A stretch of DNA of 64,000 nt from an uncultured Gemmatimonadaceae bacterium. GTDB lineage: Bacteria; Gemmatimonadota; Gemmatimonadetes; Gemmatimonadales; Gemmatimonadaceae. The DNA is taken from contig CAWBOC010000002.1 of assembly GCA_963790305.1 (NCBI GenBank), positions 96,001 through 160,000 of the forward strand. Direction: 5' to 3'. Below the pieces are notes generated by a model. That model was not told the origin of the DNA. It ran no database searches and saw nothing but the letters and a program-made list of their open reading frames with translations. A program made the translations under genes and the position numbers. Of the stretch, positions 50,490 through 60,875 are shown piece after piece (position 1 is the first letter of the stretch; each line of letters begins with the position of its first letter).

Positions 50490-53069
50490 ACTAATTACTA
50501 ACACCCCGCCCCCCGACGACAGCCTCGGCACGTACCGGGCGAAGCGCTCTCCCGACAGCACCACGGAGCCGATGGGGACGGTATCACCCGTCCTCGGCCG
50601 GCTGTTCGTGGTGCACAAGCACGCCGCCCGGCAGCTCCACTTCGACCTGCGGCTCGAGATGGAGGGGGTTCTTCGCTCGTGGGCGGTGCCGAAGGGCCCG
50701 TCCTACGATCAAAACGACAAGCGGCTCGCCGTGCGGGTGGAGGACCACCCCATCGAGTACGGGGACTTCGAGGGAATGATCCCCAAGGGCAACTACGGCG
50801 CGGGCGCCGTCATCGTGTGGGATCGTGGCGAATGGGTGCCGCTCGAGGATTGGCGCGAGGGCCTGGAGAAGGGGAAGCTCCTCTTCGAGCTCAAGGGCTA
50901 CAAGCTCAAGGGCAAGTGGACGCTGGTGAAGATCAAGAAGAGCGAGCGCGACTGGCTGCTGATCAAGGAGCGCGACGCCTTCATGAAGTCGCCGGGTGAC
51001 CAGTTCCCCGAGCAGTCGGTGCTCTCCGGCGTCACCGTCGAGGAAATGCTGGCGGGAGAAACGCCGGGCTCGAGGCTGCGCGCAGCGGCGGAAAAGGCTG
51101 GCGCCGCGAAGTCCCGCGTCGACCCACGTGCCGCGCCGCCGATGCTCGCCGAAACGGCGGACGAACGCATTCACGCGGGACGACTGGATCTTCGAGCTCA
51201 AGCTCGACGGATACCGTCTCATCGCCAGCAAGACCAAGGGCGAAGCGCTCCTTCTCACCCGCAACGGGAACGACTACACGGCGGTTTTTCCCGAGATCGC
51301 GCGTGCGATCAAGGCGCTGCCGATCGATGAGTTCATCATCGACGGCGAAGTGGTGTGTCTCGATGGCGACGGCAAGCCGAGCTTCGCCCGCCTCCAGCGG
51401 CGTGGACGGCTGCACGTCCGACATCGACATTCGCCGCGCGGCGGTCGAGCTTCCCGCGACGTTCTACGCCTTCGACTTGCTCGCGGTCGATGATCTCGAT
51501 CTGCGCGCCGCTCCCGCTCGTCGCGCGCAAGGAGCTCCTGGCGCAGGCGGTGCCCAAGCTGGGCCCGGTGCGCCTGCTCGAGCACATCGAGCGTGAAGGG
51601 GAAGCGTTTCTCGAGCAGGTCGAGAAGCTCGGGCTCGAGGGGATCATCGCCAAGAAGGCGGATGCGCCCTATCGGCCGGGGCGCACGGCGCAGTGGCTCA
51701 AGATCAAGGCAGAGGCAACCGGCGACTTCGTGATCGTCGGGTTCACGCAGCCCAAAGGCTCGCGCAGCAGCCTGGGTGCGTTGCAGCTCGGCGACTTCGT
51801 GAATGGCGAGCTGGTGTATGCCGGCCGGGTCGGGACGGGATTCAACGATGAGCTGCTTCGCGAGCTCGGCGAGCTGCTCGCTCCGATCGTTCGCCGCGAC
51901 TCCGCCCTGTCGAGGTCCGGTGATCGGCGGCGCTAATCGACGCGACGCGATTCCGGAGATCAAGACGACGACGTGGGTGGAGCCCATGTACGTGTGCGAA
52001 GTACAGTTCCGCGAGTGGACGCCCGACGGGCTGCTGCGTCATGCGGCGTATCTGCGCGCGCGGTCGGACAAGCGCCCGCAGGACTGTGTGCGCCAGGGTG
52101 TGGTGCACGAAGAGGATGGTTCACCGACCGCCGCGGTGGTGAGCGAGCCACCGCCCTCGCCTCCGAAGGAGCCGGTCAAGAAGACGATCAGCTTCTCGAA
52201 CCTGAAGAAGATCTACTGGCCTGCCGAGCGGTACACGAAGGGCGACATGATCGAGTACTATCGCGCCGTGTCGCGCTGGCTGCTGCCGTATCTTCGCAAT
52301 CGCCCGGTGGTGATGACGCGCTTTCCGGACGGGATCGACGGGAAGTCGTTCTATCAAAAGGATGCGCCCGAGTTCGCGCCCGAGTGGATGCGCACGGTGC
52401 GGATCTGGAGCGAGGATACGCAGCGCGAGATTCGATACTTCGTCTGCGACGACGAAGAATCGTTGCTGTACGTGGCCAATCTGGGGACGATTCCGCTGCA
52501 CATCTGGGCGAGTCGCGTCGGCTCGCTCGAGCTGTGCGACTGGTGCGTGCTCGACCTGGATCCCAAGGAGGCGCCCTTTGCGGATGTGATCCGCTGCGCC
52601 CAGGCTGCTGCGACAGTTATGTCAAGCGGTCGGATTGTCGAGCTACATCAAGACGACGGGGAAAACCGGGCTGCACATCATGCTCCCCCTCGGGCGCCAG
52701 TGCACCTACGCGCAGTCGCGCACGTTAGGCGAGTTGCTCGCGCGCGTCGTGCTTCGGGAGCTGAAGGACATCGCGACGATCACGCGGCACGTCACCAAGC
52801 GCGGCGACAAGGTGTACCTCGATTATCTGCAGAACCGGCACGGGCAGACGATCGTGGCCCCGTTCAGCGTCAGGCCCTTGCCCGGCGCGACGGTGTCGAT
52901 GCCGTTGCTTTGGGACGAGGTCAACGATTCACTCGATCCGCGCGCGTTCACGATCAAGACCGCGATCGAGCGCATGGAGCGCCTGACGAGCGACCCGGTG
53001 GCGCCGGTCCTCGAGGAGAAGCCCGATCTGGGGCAGGTACTCGAGAGGCTCGCGGGTCTGATGGAATAG
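50490..53069 (+). CDS. ligD: NHEJ DNA ligase D (phosphoesterase-ligase-polymerase), about 5 frameshifts
   Basis: VVHKHAARQLHFDLRLE, SWAVPKGPS; FELKLDGYR, EGIIAKK, WLKIK; RFPDGI, FYQK, DLDP, KTTGKTGLH, YLDYLQN; start uncertain. Confidence 0.9.
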
Positions 53070-53108
53070 GGGTCAGGAGTCAGGACTCCTGACTCCTGAC
53101 CACCTAGG
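53067..53108. repeat. (CAGGAGT)n inverted heptamer hairpin between convergent stop codons
   Basis: taggggtcaggagtcaggactcctgactcctgaccacctagg. Confidence 0.8.
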
Positions 53109-54054
53109 GCTTAGGCTCCCTCATTCGCGCCAGATCCACTTCGGCCGCAATGAAGCCGAACGCCGGCCACTGGTCGCCACCCACGATGCGCTCGAACAGC
53201 GCGCGCGCGCGGGTCGTGTCTCCTTCCATTAAATGCCAGTTGGCGACGCCATACGCACCCGTCACGAAGGGCAGCTCCCCGGCGGCCGAGAGTGAATCGA
53301 GTGTCGAGGTCTCATCGCGAATGCCCCGATAGAAGAGCAGCGCCCGGTAGTACGGAGCGTTGTCGCGAACGGTCCACCCCTCTCGAATCACGCGCGCGAG
53401 CCGGCGAGCATCCGCGTGCTTGCCGGCACGGCGGAGCGCGCGATAGCGCCAGTCGAGCATCGCGGCGCGTCCGTCATCGTCGGTCTTGAGCGACATACAG
53501 CTGCGGTACCAGATCGGATTGACGCGCGCCTCCTCGACCGCCTGCCACTTTGGATTCTCGGCGAACTCCGTGCACTTCTCGATGACCGCCGCGGCATTGG
53601 CGTAGCGCTGCGTCAGGTAGTAGGCGAGGGCGAGCTGGTACGAGATGTCGTAATTGGTCGAGTCGAGCGAGACGGCGCGCTCCAGATCTCGCACCGCCTC
53701 ATCGAAGCGCCGTAGCGACATGTACCGATGACCGCGGAACCGATAGAGCCGCGCCTCATCGGGATACCTCTCGATGCCGCGCGTGAACATCTCGATCGCC
53801 GAGTTGAATCGGCGCGCGGCCGACCGCGCAATGCCGGCGTTGATGATTAGGGTGACGCTGTTGGGATCGTCGGCGAGCTCGGCGTCGGCACGCGCGATGA
53901 GACCGGCGGTGTCGCGGATGGCACGCAGGGGGACGCCGAGGAGCGAGATGCCCTCGGGGCCGGCGGGGGCATCGACGGATGGCGAGCGGCGCCCCCCTCC
54001 GCAGGCGAGGGCGATGGTCGCAATCCCGATGATCGAGATTCGGTGCAGACGCAA
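53104..54054 (-). CDS. TPR lipoprotein
   Basis: ALAC lipobox; LYRFRGHRYMSLRRFDEA; YQLALAYYL; W.AFGFIAAE; TTG start after GGAG. Confidence 0.75.
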   Translation of the reverse strand: MRLHRISIIGIATIALACGGGRRSPSVDAPAGPEGISLLGVPLRAIRDTAGLIARADAELADDPNSVTLIINAGIARSAARRFNSAIEMFTRGIERYPDEARLYRFRGHRYMSLRRFDEAVRDLERAVSLDSTNYDISYQLALAYYLTQRYANAAAVIEKCTEFAENPKWQAVEEARVNPIWYRSCMSLKTDDDGRAAMLDWRYRALRRAGKHADARRLARVIREGWTVRDNAPYYRALLFYRGIRDETSTLDSLSAAGELPFVTGAYGVANWHLMEGDTTRARALFERIVGGDQWPAFGFIAAEVDLARMREPKP

Positions 54055-54122
54055 ACGAGCAACTCCGGTGGAGCGGTCTACCGTCAAAGCTCGCCAGGGT
54101 GTAGCGAGAACGGCAAGCCGCG

Positions 54123-54560
54123 TCAGCGCTTCGAGACGGCCTCGAAGCCGCTCATGAGCGCACCGGAGTACAACATCGGGCTCTGCTGCGCCGCGAGCTT
54201 CTTGAGGCGCCTCCCGCGCTTGGGCGCCGGCGTCCGGTTGGGCAGCCAGGCCGCATAGGCGAGCGCGCTGGCCACGAGTCCCTCGGCAGGCCGTGACAGC
54301 TCGCCGCGATTCCTGATCACGCCGTACGCCGCACCGAGAAGGGCTGAATACGCGAGGTGCGTGACCCAGCCAACCGCCGTCGCCCGCCTCGACCGTCCCT
54401 GACCGAGCCGCGACGCCCAGCGGCGCCCAACCGTTGGCCCGCGCGCGAGATCGGTCCTCTCGCCGATGTGCTCGGCAACGAGCATCGCCGCGCCGGCGAG
54501 CGCCCCCGAGACGGCCCCGCGCAGCGCCGCTTCCGGCGCCCCCATGCGTTTTCGCTTCAT
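54123..54560 (-). CDS. Hypothetical membrane protein
   Basis: GAVSGALAGAAML; HLAYSALLGAAYG. Confidence 0.5.
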   Translation of the reverse strand: MKRKRMGAPEAALRGAVSGALAGAAMLVAEHIGERTDLARGPTVGRRWASRLGQGRSRRATAVGWVTHLAYSALLGAAYGVIRNRGELSRPAEGLVASALAYAAWLPNRTPAPKRGRRLKKLAAQQSPMLYSGALMSGFEAVSKR

Positions 54561-54595
54561 GCGGAAAATAGAATGAAAAGTGTGTGCCACGGAGA

Positions 54596-54712
54596 CGAAT
54601 GCGGAATCCGGAATGCGGATCCACCCCATGCAACAAGGGCCCCAAGTTCGATTGGGGCCCTGTCGCCTACTACGGTCTTACAAGAATCCGCATTCCGCAA
54701 TCCGCATTCGCC
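54596..54712. repeat. Second (GCGGAAT)n/(ATTCCGC)n hairpin element enclosing a terminator-like stem
   Basis: cgaatgcggaatccggaatgcggat ... agggccccaa/ttggggccct ... tacggtcttacaagaatccgcattccgcaatccgcattcg. Confidence 0.85.
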
Positions 54713-57044
54713 CTAGAACATTCCGCTCGTCCGCCTCGCGCTGCCTCGCACGGACTGCATCACCCGGCCATACTCGTGCTGGGAGTCGATGCTGTCAGCA
54801 GCTTTCATGAAGCTCTCGCGCATCGCGGCGCTCATCTCCGGATACTTCGCGGCGAACGAGACCAGGAACGAGGCCAGCTCGAAATCGGACTCGATTCCCG
54901 ACGCGGACTCCAGCAGGCTCGTCTGCACCGCTTCGGAGTTGTCGGCGCTCTTGAGGATCGACGACAGTACGCGCCGCTGCTCGAAATCCGACTCGATCGT
55001 CCCCACTGCCTTGAAGTACGCCGTACGCGCTTCGCTCGACTCGAGGCCTCGCTTGGAGACGGCGATCAACAGCTCCGCCAGCTCGAAGTCGGACTCGATG
55101 TCGTCCGCAACCGAAAGGAGCAGCGGCATCGCGTTGGCGTCCATCGTCGCCGACTTCACCAACGTCGTCAGCACGCGCCGGGCCTCGAAATCAGACTCGA
55201 TGTTCCGCACTGCTTCCAGATACGCTTTCGATCCCGCACCAAGCTTCCCGGTTTTCCCGATCGCCAGGAGCGTCTGCGCGATCTCGTGATCGGACTCCAT
55301 CTTGCCGGCGAGCTCGAGCGCACGCCGCGTCTCGCTTTCACTGAGCGAGGGCGTTTCCTTGAACAGCGCCTCGAAGTAGCGGCGGCGAGCGTGATCGCCT
55401 GACAGCGACGCGATCTCTTTCATGACTGCCTCGACACCGCCTTCCTTGTAGAGCGACGGCACGCGGGTGTCGGCGGCGAACGCGGTGCGCCGCTCGAACG
55501 CGACGAGCACCGTCGCGAGCCAGCGGCGACCCTCATCGTCCCATGGACGCTCCACGCCATCCACGGTGAACTTCCGCGTCAAGCGACCACCGTCCTCGGC
55601 GCGAATCTCCAGGCGGCGGGTGGTCAGCGCGTCGTTCTCGGTGAGGACGAACGATCCGCCAGCCGGGAGGCTCTGCACATCCGACAGGTCATTCGCGAAC
55701 CGTACCTTCCCGATGGCGCGGATGGTGAGGTCGCAGTCGCCGGTGGAGATGTGCGCGCGCCAGGTGTCGTTTTCATCATCGCTGTTTCGCGAGATGCTCG
55801 TGTTGCCCTTTCCGGTGTAGTCGCACTGCGTCGGCTCACCGAGCAAATCGTTGGCGGTGAACACGCGCATGGGCTTGGCTGCGGCGCTCTTGCCGCGCGG
55901 CATCGCCCTGTGCTCCGCGACCAACGCCTCGGACGGTACGATCGCCGAGACGATCACCGGGAAGGTGCCGAGCGCGCGCGAAGGAACGAACGCCGCAGCA
56001 GGAATCAGGATGAGCAGCGCAACCAGCCACGTGGGAACCGCGAAGCGACGCGACACGTTGCGGCGGTTGCGGCGCTCGTCGAGAATCGCGAGCAGGCGGT
56101 CGGAGAGCTGCGAGCGACGGGCCATGCAGACGGTGGCCAGCGCCGTCGTGCGCGGAACGCGCAGGTCCCGAGCGACCTGGAGCAGGTGCGTGGCGTATTC
56201 GGATGGCCGCGCTCCAGCACGAACGACCGCATCATCACAGGCGCGCTCGCGCTCGCCGCGCAATGCACGCGACGCGAGCCACACCAGCGGGTCGAACCAG
56301 TACAGGGCGCACGCGGCCTGTGCGATGAGCTGCGTGAGACAATCGCGACGTGCTACATGCGCGAGCTCATGCAGCATGACATCACGCCGCCGCTCGGCGG
56401 GCCACTGCTCGGCGTTCGCCGGGAGCAGCACCGTTGGGTTCACGATGCCGAACGCCATGGGCATCGTCGCACGGTCGCTGGTCATGATCCGCACGCGTCC
56501 GGCCAGCCCGAGTTGTGCGGGCAGGACTGAATGCGAGCGCTCCCCAGGCTCCGCCGCTTGCGGGCTTGGCGGTTTTCGAGAGACGCCAGACCCGCACGTG
56601 ACCGAGCAGCATCGGCAGCGCGACGACGGACGCGCCGAGACACCAGAAAAGGAATGCGATCTGTCCCCAGTCACGCGGCGCGGCTGGCTCTCCGACTGAG
56701 ATCGTGCCGACGGTCGCCGGCGTGGCGGCCGGCGTCGAGGCTGACGCGAGCGCCGAGACCGATGGCGACACGGCCGCCGGAAGCGCGACGATCCGCAGCT
56801 CGGTTGGCATCGTCTCGATCTCGGTCGGCGGCAGCACGGCGACGCGCCACGCCGGGAGTGATGCCGAGAGGAGCGGAAGGGCGAGCATGCAGGCGATCGC
56901 CACCAGCCACACGAGATGACGCGCCGCAGCGGACGAGCGGCGCCAACCAATCGCCGCCGCACCCGCGAGGAGAAGCAGAGGTGCGCCGCGGAGCGCCGCG
57001 GCGAGGATGGCCTCGATCCAGGGATCCGACCACAGCTGACTCAT
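54713..57044 (-). CDS. BlaR1/MecR1-like M56 metallopeptidase with C-terminal helical repeats (frameshift ~56525)
   Basis: SAAARHLVW, HELAHVARRD, YWFDPLVW, ERACDD; repeated IESDFE. Confidence 0.88.
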
Positions 57045-57430
57045 CGTCCCTCCACCTTCGCCTGGTCGATCAGGCGTTGAAGCTGGTCCAGCTCCTCGTC
57101 GGTCATCTTCGACGCGGACATGTCGAGGAGCGCCGCGACGGCTTCCGATGCGGAGCCGTCGAAGAACGTGCGAAGTACCTGCCGCAGCGCCGACTGCCGC
57201 GCGGTGTTGCGCGGGACGGTGGGCAGGTACACATAGCGCGGGCCGTCGTGCTCGAAACGTAAATGGCCTTTCTCGAGCAGGACGCGCAGGAGAGCCCGCA
57301 CAGCGGAATATGTAGGCGGATCGGGGAGCGCTTCCATCACCTCGGCGGCCGTCGCTCGGCCACTCGCGTAAATGACGTCCATGATCTGCCGCTCTCGTCG
57401 AGAGAGGGGAGGGGTCTGGGCAGCTATCAC
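57041..57430 (-). CDS. BlaI/MecI/CopY family repressor
   Basis: LSRRERQIMD, YSAVRALLRVLLEKGH, TFFDGS; GTG start after AGAGGAG. Confidence 0.92.
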   Translation of the reverse strand: MIAAQTPPLSRRERQIMDVIYASGRATAAEVMEALPDPPTYSAVRALLRVLLEKGHLRFEHDGPRYVYLPTVPRNTARQSALRQVLRTFFDGSASEAVAALLDMSASKMTDEELDQLQRLIDQAKVEGR

Positions 57431-57443
57431 GATCGCTCCTCTA

Positions 57444-57497
57444 TGTTGAAAATGCAGCACTGTGCTAGAGAATTAGCATTGCCCTGTATTTCGTCAA
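57444..57497 (-). promoter_or_regulatory. Sigma-70-like promoter with two palindromic operator candidates
   Basis: Minus strand TTGACG-16 nt-TAATTC preceded by TG; TGCTA-N6-TAGCA (57463-57478) and TGTTG-N6-CAGCA (57444-57459). Confidence 0.6.
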
Positions 57498-57528
57498 TAG
57501 TGCGGCGTGTAAGGTTTGTGCGAAGACG

Positions 57529-57659
57529 AGGGGTCAGGAGTCAGGAGTCAGGGGCCAGGGGGTGTCAGGTTGAAGGTGCGAGGAGCACGGCTCGCGCAAA
57601 CTCCCGTAACCTTTGCCCTGACACCCCCTGATCCCTGACTCCTGACTCCTGACCCCTAG
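57529..57659. repeat. Long (CAGGAGT)n inverted heptamer hairpin
   Basis: aggggtcaggagtcaggagtcaggggccaggggggtgtcagg ... cctgacaccccctgatcccctgactcctgactcctgacccct. Confidence 0.85.
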
Positions 57660-57660
57660 A

Positions 57661-60099
57661 TCACTCGTACCTCAACGCCACCGCCGGCTCGACCTTCGCC
57701 GCCCGGCGCGCCGGGAGGTAGGACGCCACCAGTCCGACCGTCAGCAACACGAATGAGATCCCGATGTAGCTCATGGGATCGGTCGGGCTCACGCCGAAGA
57801 GCACCCCCGCGAGGACGCGTGTGAGCGCGAAGGCTCCCACCAGGCCGATCAGCAGACCCGTTACCGTCAGGACCACACCCTTCCGCACGACCAGGGACAG
57901 CACGTCCCGCAGCTGAGCGCCGAGTGCGACGCGAACGCCGATTTCATGCGTCCGCTGGCTTACGGCGTAGGACATCACGCCGAACACACCAACCGCCGCG
58001 AGCAGGAGGGCGATGATTCCAAAGCTCGCGAACAACATTCCGAACAGGCGCTTGTCCCAGTACGACAGCTGGGCGAGCTGGGTCATCGTCTGCACTTCGA
58101 ACAACGGGAGCGCCGGGTCCACCTCGGCAACCGCGCGCCGGAGGAGAGGTGCGAAGGCCGCCGGGTCACCGCGCACGCGCGCGACGAGCGACATCGTACG
58201 CCACGGTGAGTAGGCATACGGCACGTAGAACTGATTCTCGACCGGAATGTCGATGTCGCGAAGCTTCACCGTCGGAACGACGCCAACGACGGTGAGCCAT
58301 TGCGACTCTTCCGCCAGGCCGGTCGAGAAGCGCCTGCCTAACGCCTCCTGGTTCGGCCAGAAGCGATCGGCCATGGCCTGATTGATGATCGCGACGCGCG
58401 CGGTGCTGTCGAAGACCTCGGCGTCGGTGAACGCCCGTCCGCGTGGCTCGCGCATGCCGAACGCACGGAAATAGTCCCGTGTGATCGGGCGCCAGCTGGC
58501 GAGCGGATGCTCTCCCGGCGCCATGGGCTGCCCTTCGATCTCGAAGGACGAGCCACTGTTATTGCCTGACAACGGCAGGTAGTTGACGGCCGCGGCGGCT
58601 TCGACGCCGGGCGTATTGGCGAGACGCTCGAGGGCGGCCCGGAAGAAGGCGACGCGATTCGCCGGGTCGGGGAAGCGGTCGGTCGAGAGATAGAGACGCG
58701 TCGTAACCTGGGTGCTCGTGTCGAAGCCCGGCTCGAGGTTCCGCAGGTAGAGGAAGCTCCGCATCATCAGCGTCGCCCCGATCAGCAGCACCAGCGCAAG
58801 CGCGGTCTCGAGCACGACGAGGCCGCTGCGCATCCGGCCACGCCGCCCGCCGACGCTCGTACCGCGACCACCATCCTTGAGCGTCTCGTTGAGGTTCGGC
58901 CGTGACGATTCGAGGGCGGGCACGATGCCGAAGATGAGTCCGGTCGCGAGCGCGGTGATGGCGGTGAAGATGAGCACCCCTCGGTCGATCTTGAATTCCA
59001 TCCAGTTGGGCAGCTCCTCGGGGATCTGCGACAACACCAGGTCGTTGCCCCACACGGCGAGCAGAATCCCGACGCCGCCACCGATGACGCCGATGAGCAG
59101 GCTCTCGGTGAGCAGCTGCCGTATGATGCGTCCGCGCTTCGCACCCAATGCCGTGCGAATGGCGATCTCTTTCTGACGGGCGGTGGCACGAGCGAGCAGC
59201 AGATTCGCAACGTTGGCGCACGCGATCAGGAGCACGAACACGACTGCGCCCATCATCACCGTCACGACGAGCTTCACTTCCCCGGGAAGGAGGTGCTCGC
59301 GAATGGGGATCGCGCCGAAGCCGTGCCCGGCGTGATCGGCGGGCGATTCTTCGCCGACCCGGGCCGCGACCGCCATCAGCGCCGCGTTCGCCTGCTCCAT
59401 GGAAACGCCGTTCTTGAGACGCGCGACTCCTTCGAGATAGTGCGAGCCTCGCGGCTCGTTCGCGCGGTCCAGTGCGAGCGGGAGGAAGAGATCCTCCTCG
59501 TCGAACCACCCAAAGCGGGATGGCATGACCCCAATGATTTCCGTCGGTTGGCCATTGAGGCGAACACTTCGGCCGATGACCCCTGAATCCAGTGCGTAGC
59601 GGCTTCGCCAGAGCTCGTATCCCAGCATAACGACCCGCGGACCGCCTGGTCGGTCTTCCTCCTCGCGGAAGTGTCGGCCCAGTGCCGGACTGATGCCAAG
59701 CATGGGGAACATGTTGGCGCTTACGGTTGCCGCCTCGATCCCTTCTGCCTCGGTGGTGGTGCCACCACTCGCCGCCATTTCTTCGTAGTTGACGAAGCGG
59801 TCGGTGTAGAGGGCCACATCGTCGAAGACGTTGCGTGTCTGCTCGCGGATGTCGAGGTAGTCGAGATAGGACATTTCGCTGTCGACCCAGCCTTCCTTGG
59901 GATAGCTCTCGCCAACCGCCACGATCGCTTCCGGATCGGTGTAGGGCAGCGGACGTACGAGCATGGCATGGACGCAACTGTAGATGGTGCTGTTGATGCC
60001 GATACCGAGCGCCAGGCAGAAGATCGCGATGAAGGTGAAGCTCCGGTCACGCAGGAGAGCCCGCGCGGCGTAGCGGAGATCGCGCGACAGCGAAGTCAC
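57661..60099 (-). CDS. Duplicated MacB/FtsX-type ABC permease (ADOP-like)
   Basis: RDLRYAARAL, LLIACANVANLLLARA..RQKEIAIR.ALGA, QRTHEIGVR.ALGA, PARRAAKVEP..ALRYE. Confidence 0.92.
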   Translation of the reverse strand: MTSLSRDLRYAARALLRDRSFTFIAIFCLALGIGINSTIYSCVHAMLVRPLPYTDPEAIVAVGESYPKEGWVDSEMSYLDYLDIREQTRNVFDDVALYTDRFVNYEEMAASGGTTTEAEGIEAATVSANMFPMLGISPALGRHFREEEDRPGGPRVVMLGYELWRSRYALDSGVIGRSVRLNGQPTEIIGVMPSRFGWFDEEDLFLPLALDRANEPRGSHYLEGVARLKNGVSMEQANAALMAVAARVGEESPADHAGHGFGAIPIREHLLPGEVKLVVTVMMGAVVFVLLIACANVANLLLARATARQKEIAIRTALGAKRGRIIRQLLTESLLIGVIGGGVGILLAVWGNDLVLSQIPEELPNWMEFKIDRGVLIFTAITALATGLIFGIVPALESSRPNLNETLKDGGRGTSVGGRRGRMRSGLVVLETALALVLLIGATLMMRSFLYLRNLEPGFDTSTQVTTRLYLSTDRFPDPANRVAFFRAALERLANTPGVEAAAAVNYLPLSGNNSGSSFEIEGQPMAPGEHPLASWRPITRDYFRAFGMREPRGRAFTDAEVFDSTARVAIINQAMADRFWPNQEALGRRFSTGLAEESQWLTVVGVVPTVKLRDIDIPVENQFYVPYAYSPWRTMSLVARVRGDPAAFAPLLRRAVAEVDPALPLFEVQTMTQLAQLSYWDKRLFGMLFASFGIIALLLAAVGVFGVMSYAVSQRTHEIGVRVALGAQLRDVLSLVVRKGVVLTVTGLLIGLVGAFALTRVLAGVLFGVSPTDPMSYIGISFVLLTVGLVASYLPARRAAKVEPAVALRYE

Positions 60100-60833
60100 T
60101 GACTCACCTCATCGACGACGCGTCCGTCGAACAGGCTCACCGTGCGGTCCGCGTGCCGCGCATACCGGGGATCATGCGTCACCATGATGATCGTTGCGCC
60201 ATCGCGGTGGAGCTCCTGGAGGAGCCGCATCACCGATTCTCCGTTGACGGAGTCGAGGTTTCCCGTCGGCTCGTCCGCGAGCAGGAGCAGCGGCGAGCCG
60301 GCCACCGCGCGGGCGACGGCAACGCGCTGCTGCTGACCGCCAGACAGCTGCGCCGGGTAGTGCTTCATCCGGTGCAGCATCCCGACGCGATCGAGCGCCT
60401 CCTGCACACGACGCTTCCGCTCGTCGGCGGACATGTCGCGATAGGTGAGTGGCAGCTCGACGTTCTCGTAGACGGTGAGATCACCGATCAGGTTGAACGC
60501 CTGAAAGATGAATCCGATCTGCCGATTCCTCACGCGCGCGCGCTCGGCCGGCGTGAGGTTCGCCACCGGCTTGTCGTCGAGCATGTACTGCCCGTCGGTC
60601 GGCGCATCGAGCAACCCCAGAATGGAGAGCAGCGTCGTCTTGCCGCACCCGGACGGACCGGCAACGGCGACGTACTCGCCGCGCCGGATGTCGAGATGGA
60701 TTCCCGAGAGTGCGTGCGTCTCCACCTCATCGGTGAGGAACACCTTCCGGATGTTGTCGAGACGAATGAGTGGGGAGGCGCCATCGTTCGGCGAGCGAGA
60801 GTAGCTGCCAGGGGCTTCGGCGAGAGAAGACAT
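60096..60833 (-). CDS. ABC transporter ATP-binding protein (LolD/MacB-like)
   Basis: GPSGCGKT, LSGGQQQRVA, ADEPTGNLD, VTHD. Confidence 0.95.
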   Translation of the reverse strand: MSSLAEAPGSYSRSPNDGASPLIRLDNIRKVFLTDEVETHALSGIHLDIRRGEYVAVAGPSGCGKTTLLSILGLLDAPTDGQYMLDDKPVANLTPAERARVRNRQIGFIFQAFNLIGDLTVYENVELPLTYRDMSADERKRRVQEALDRVGMLHRMKHYPAQLSGGQQQRVAVARAVAGSPLLLLADEPTGNLDSVNGESVMRLLQELHRDGATIIMVTHDPRYARHADRTVSLFDGRVVDEVSQ

Positions 60834-60875
60834 TGGACGTCGACGAGGAGTGAGGGAGAAGCGAGGAAAGGGGGA

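Noticed and set aside
50490..53069. Programmed frameshifting or a split LigD
   Set aside because: Several shifts with no slippery heptamers, in a region where neighbouring genes are equally broken
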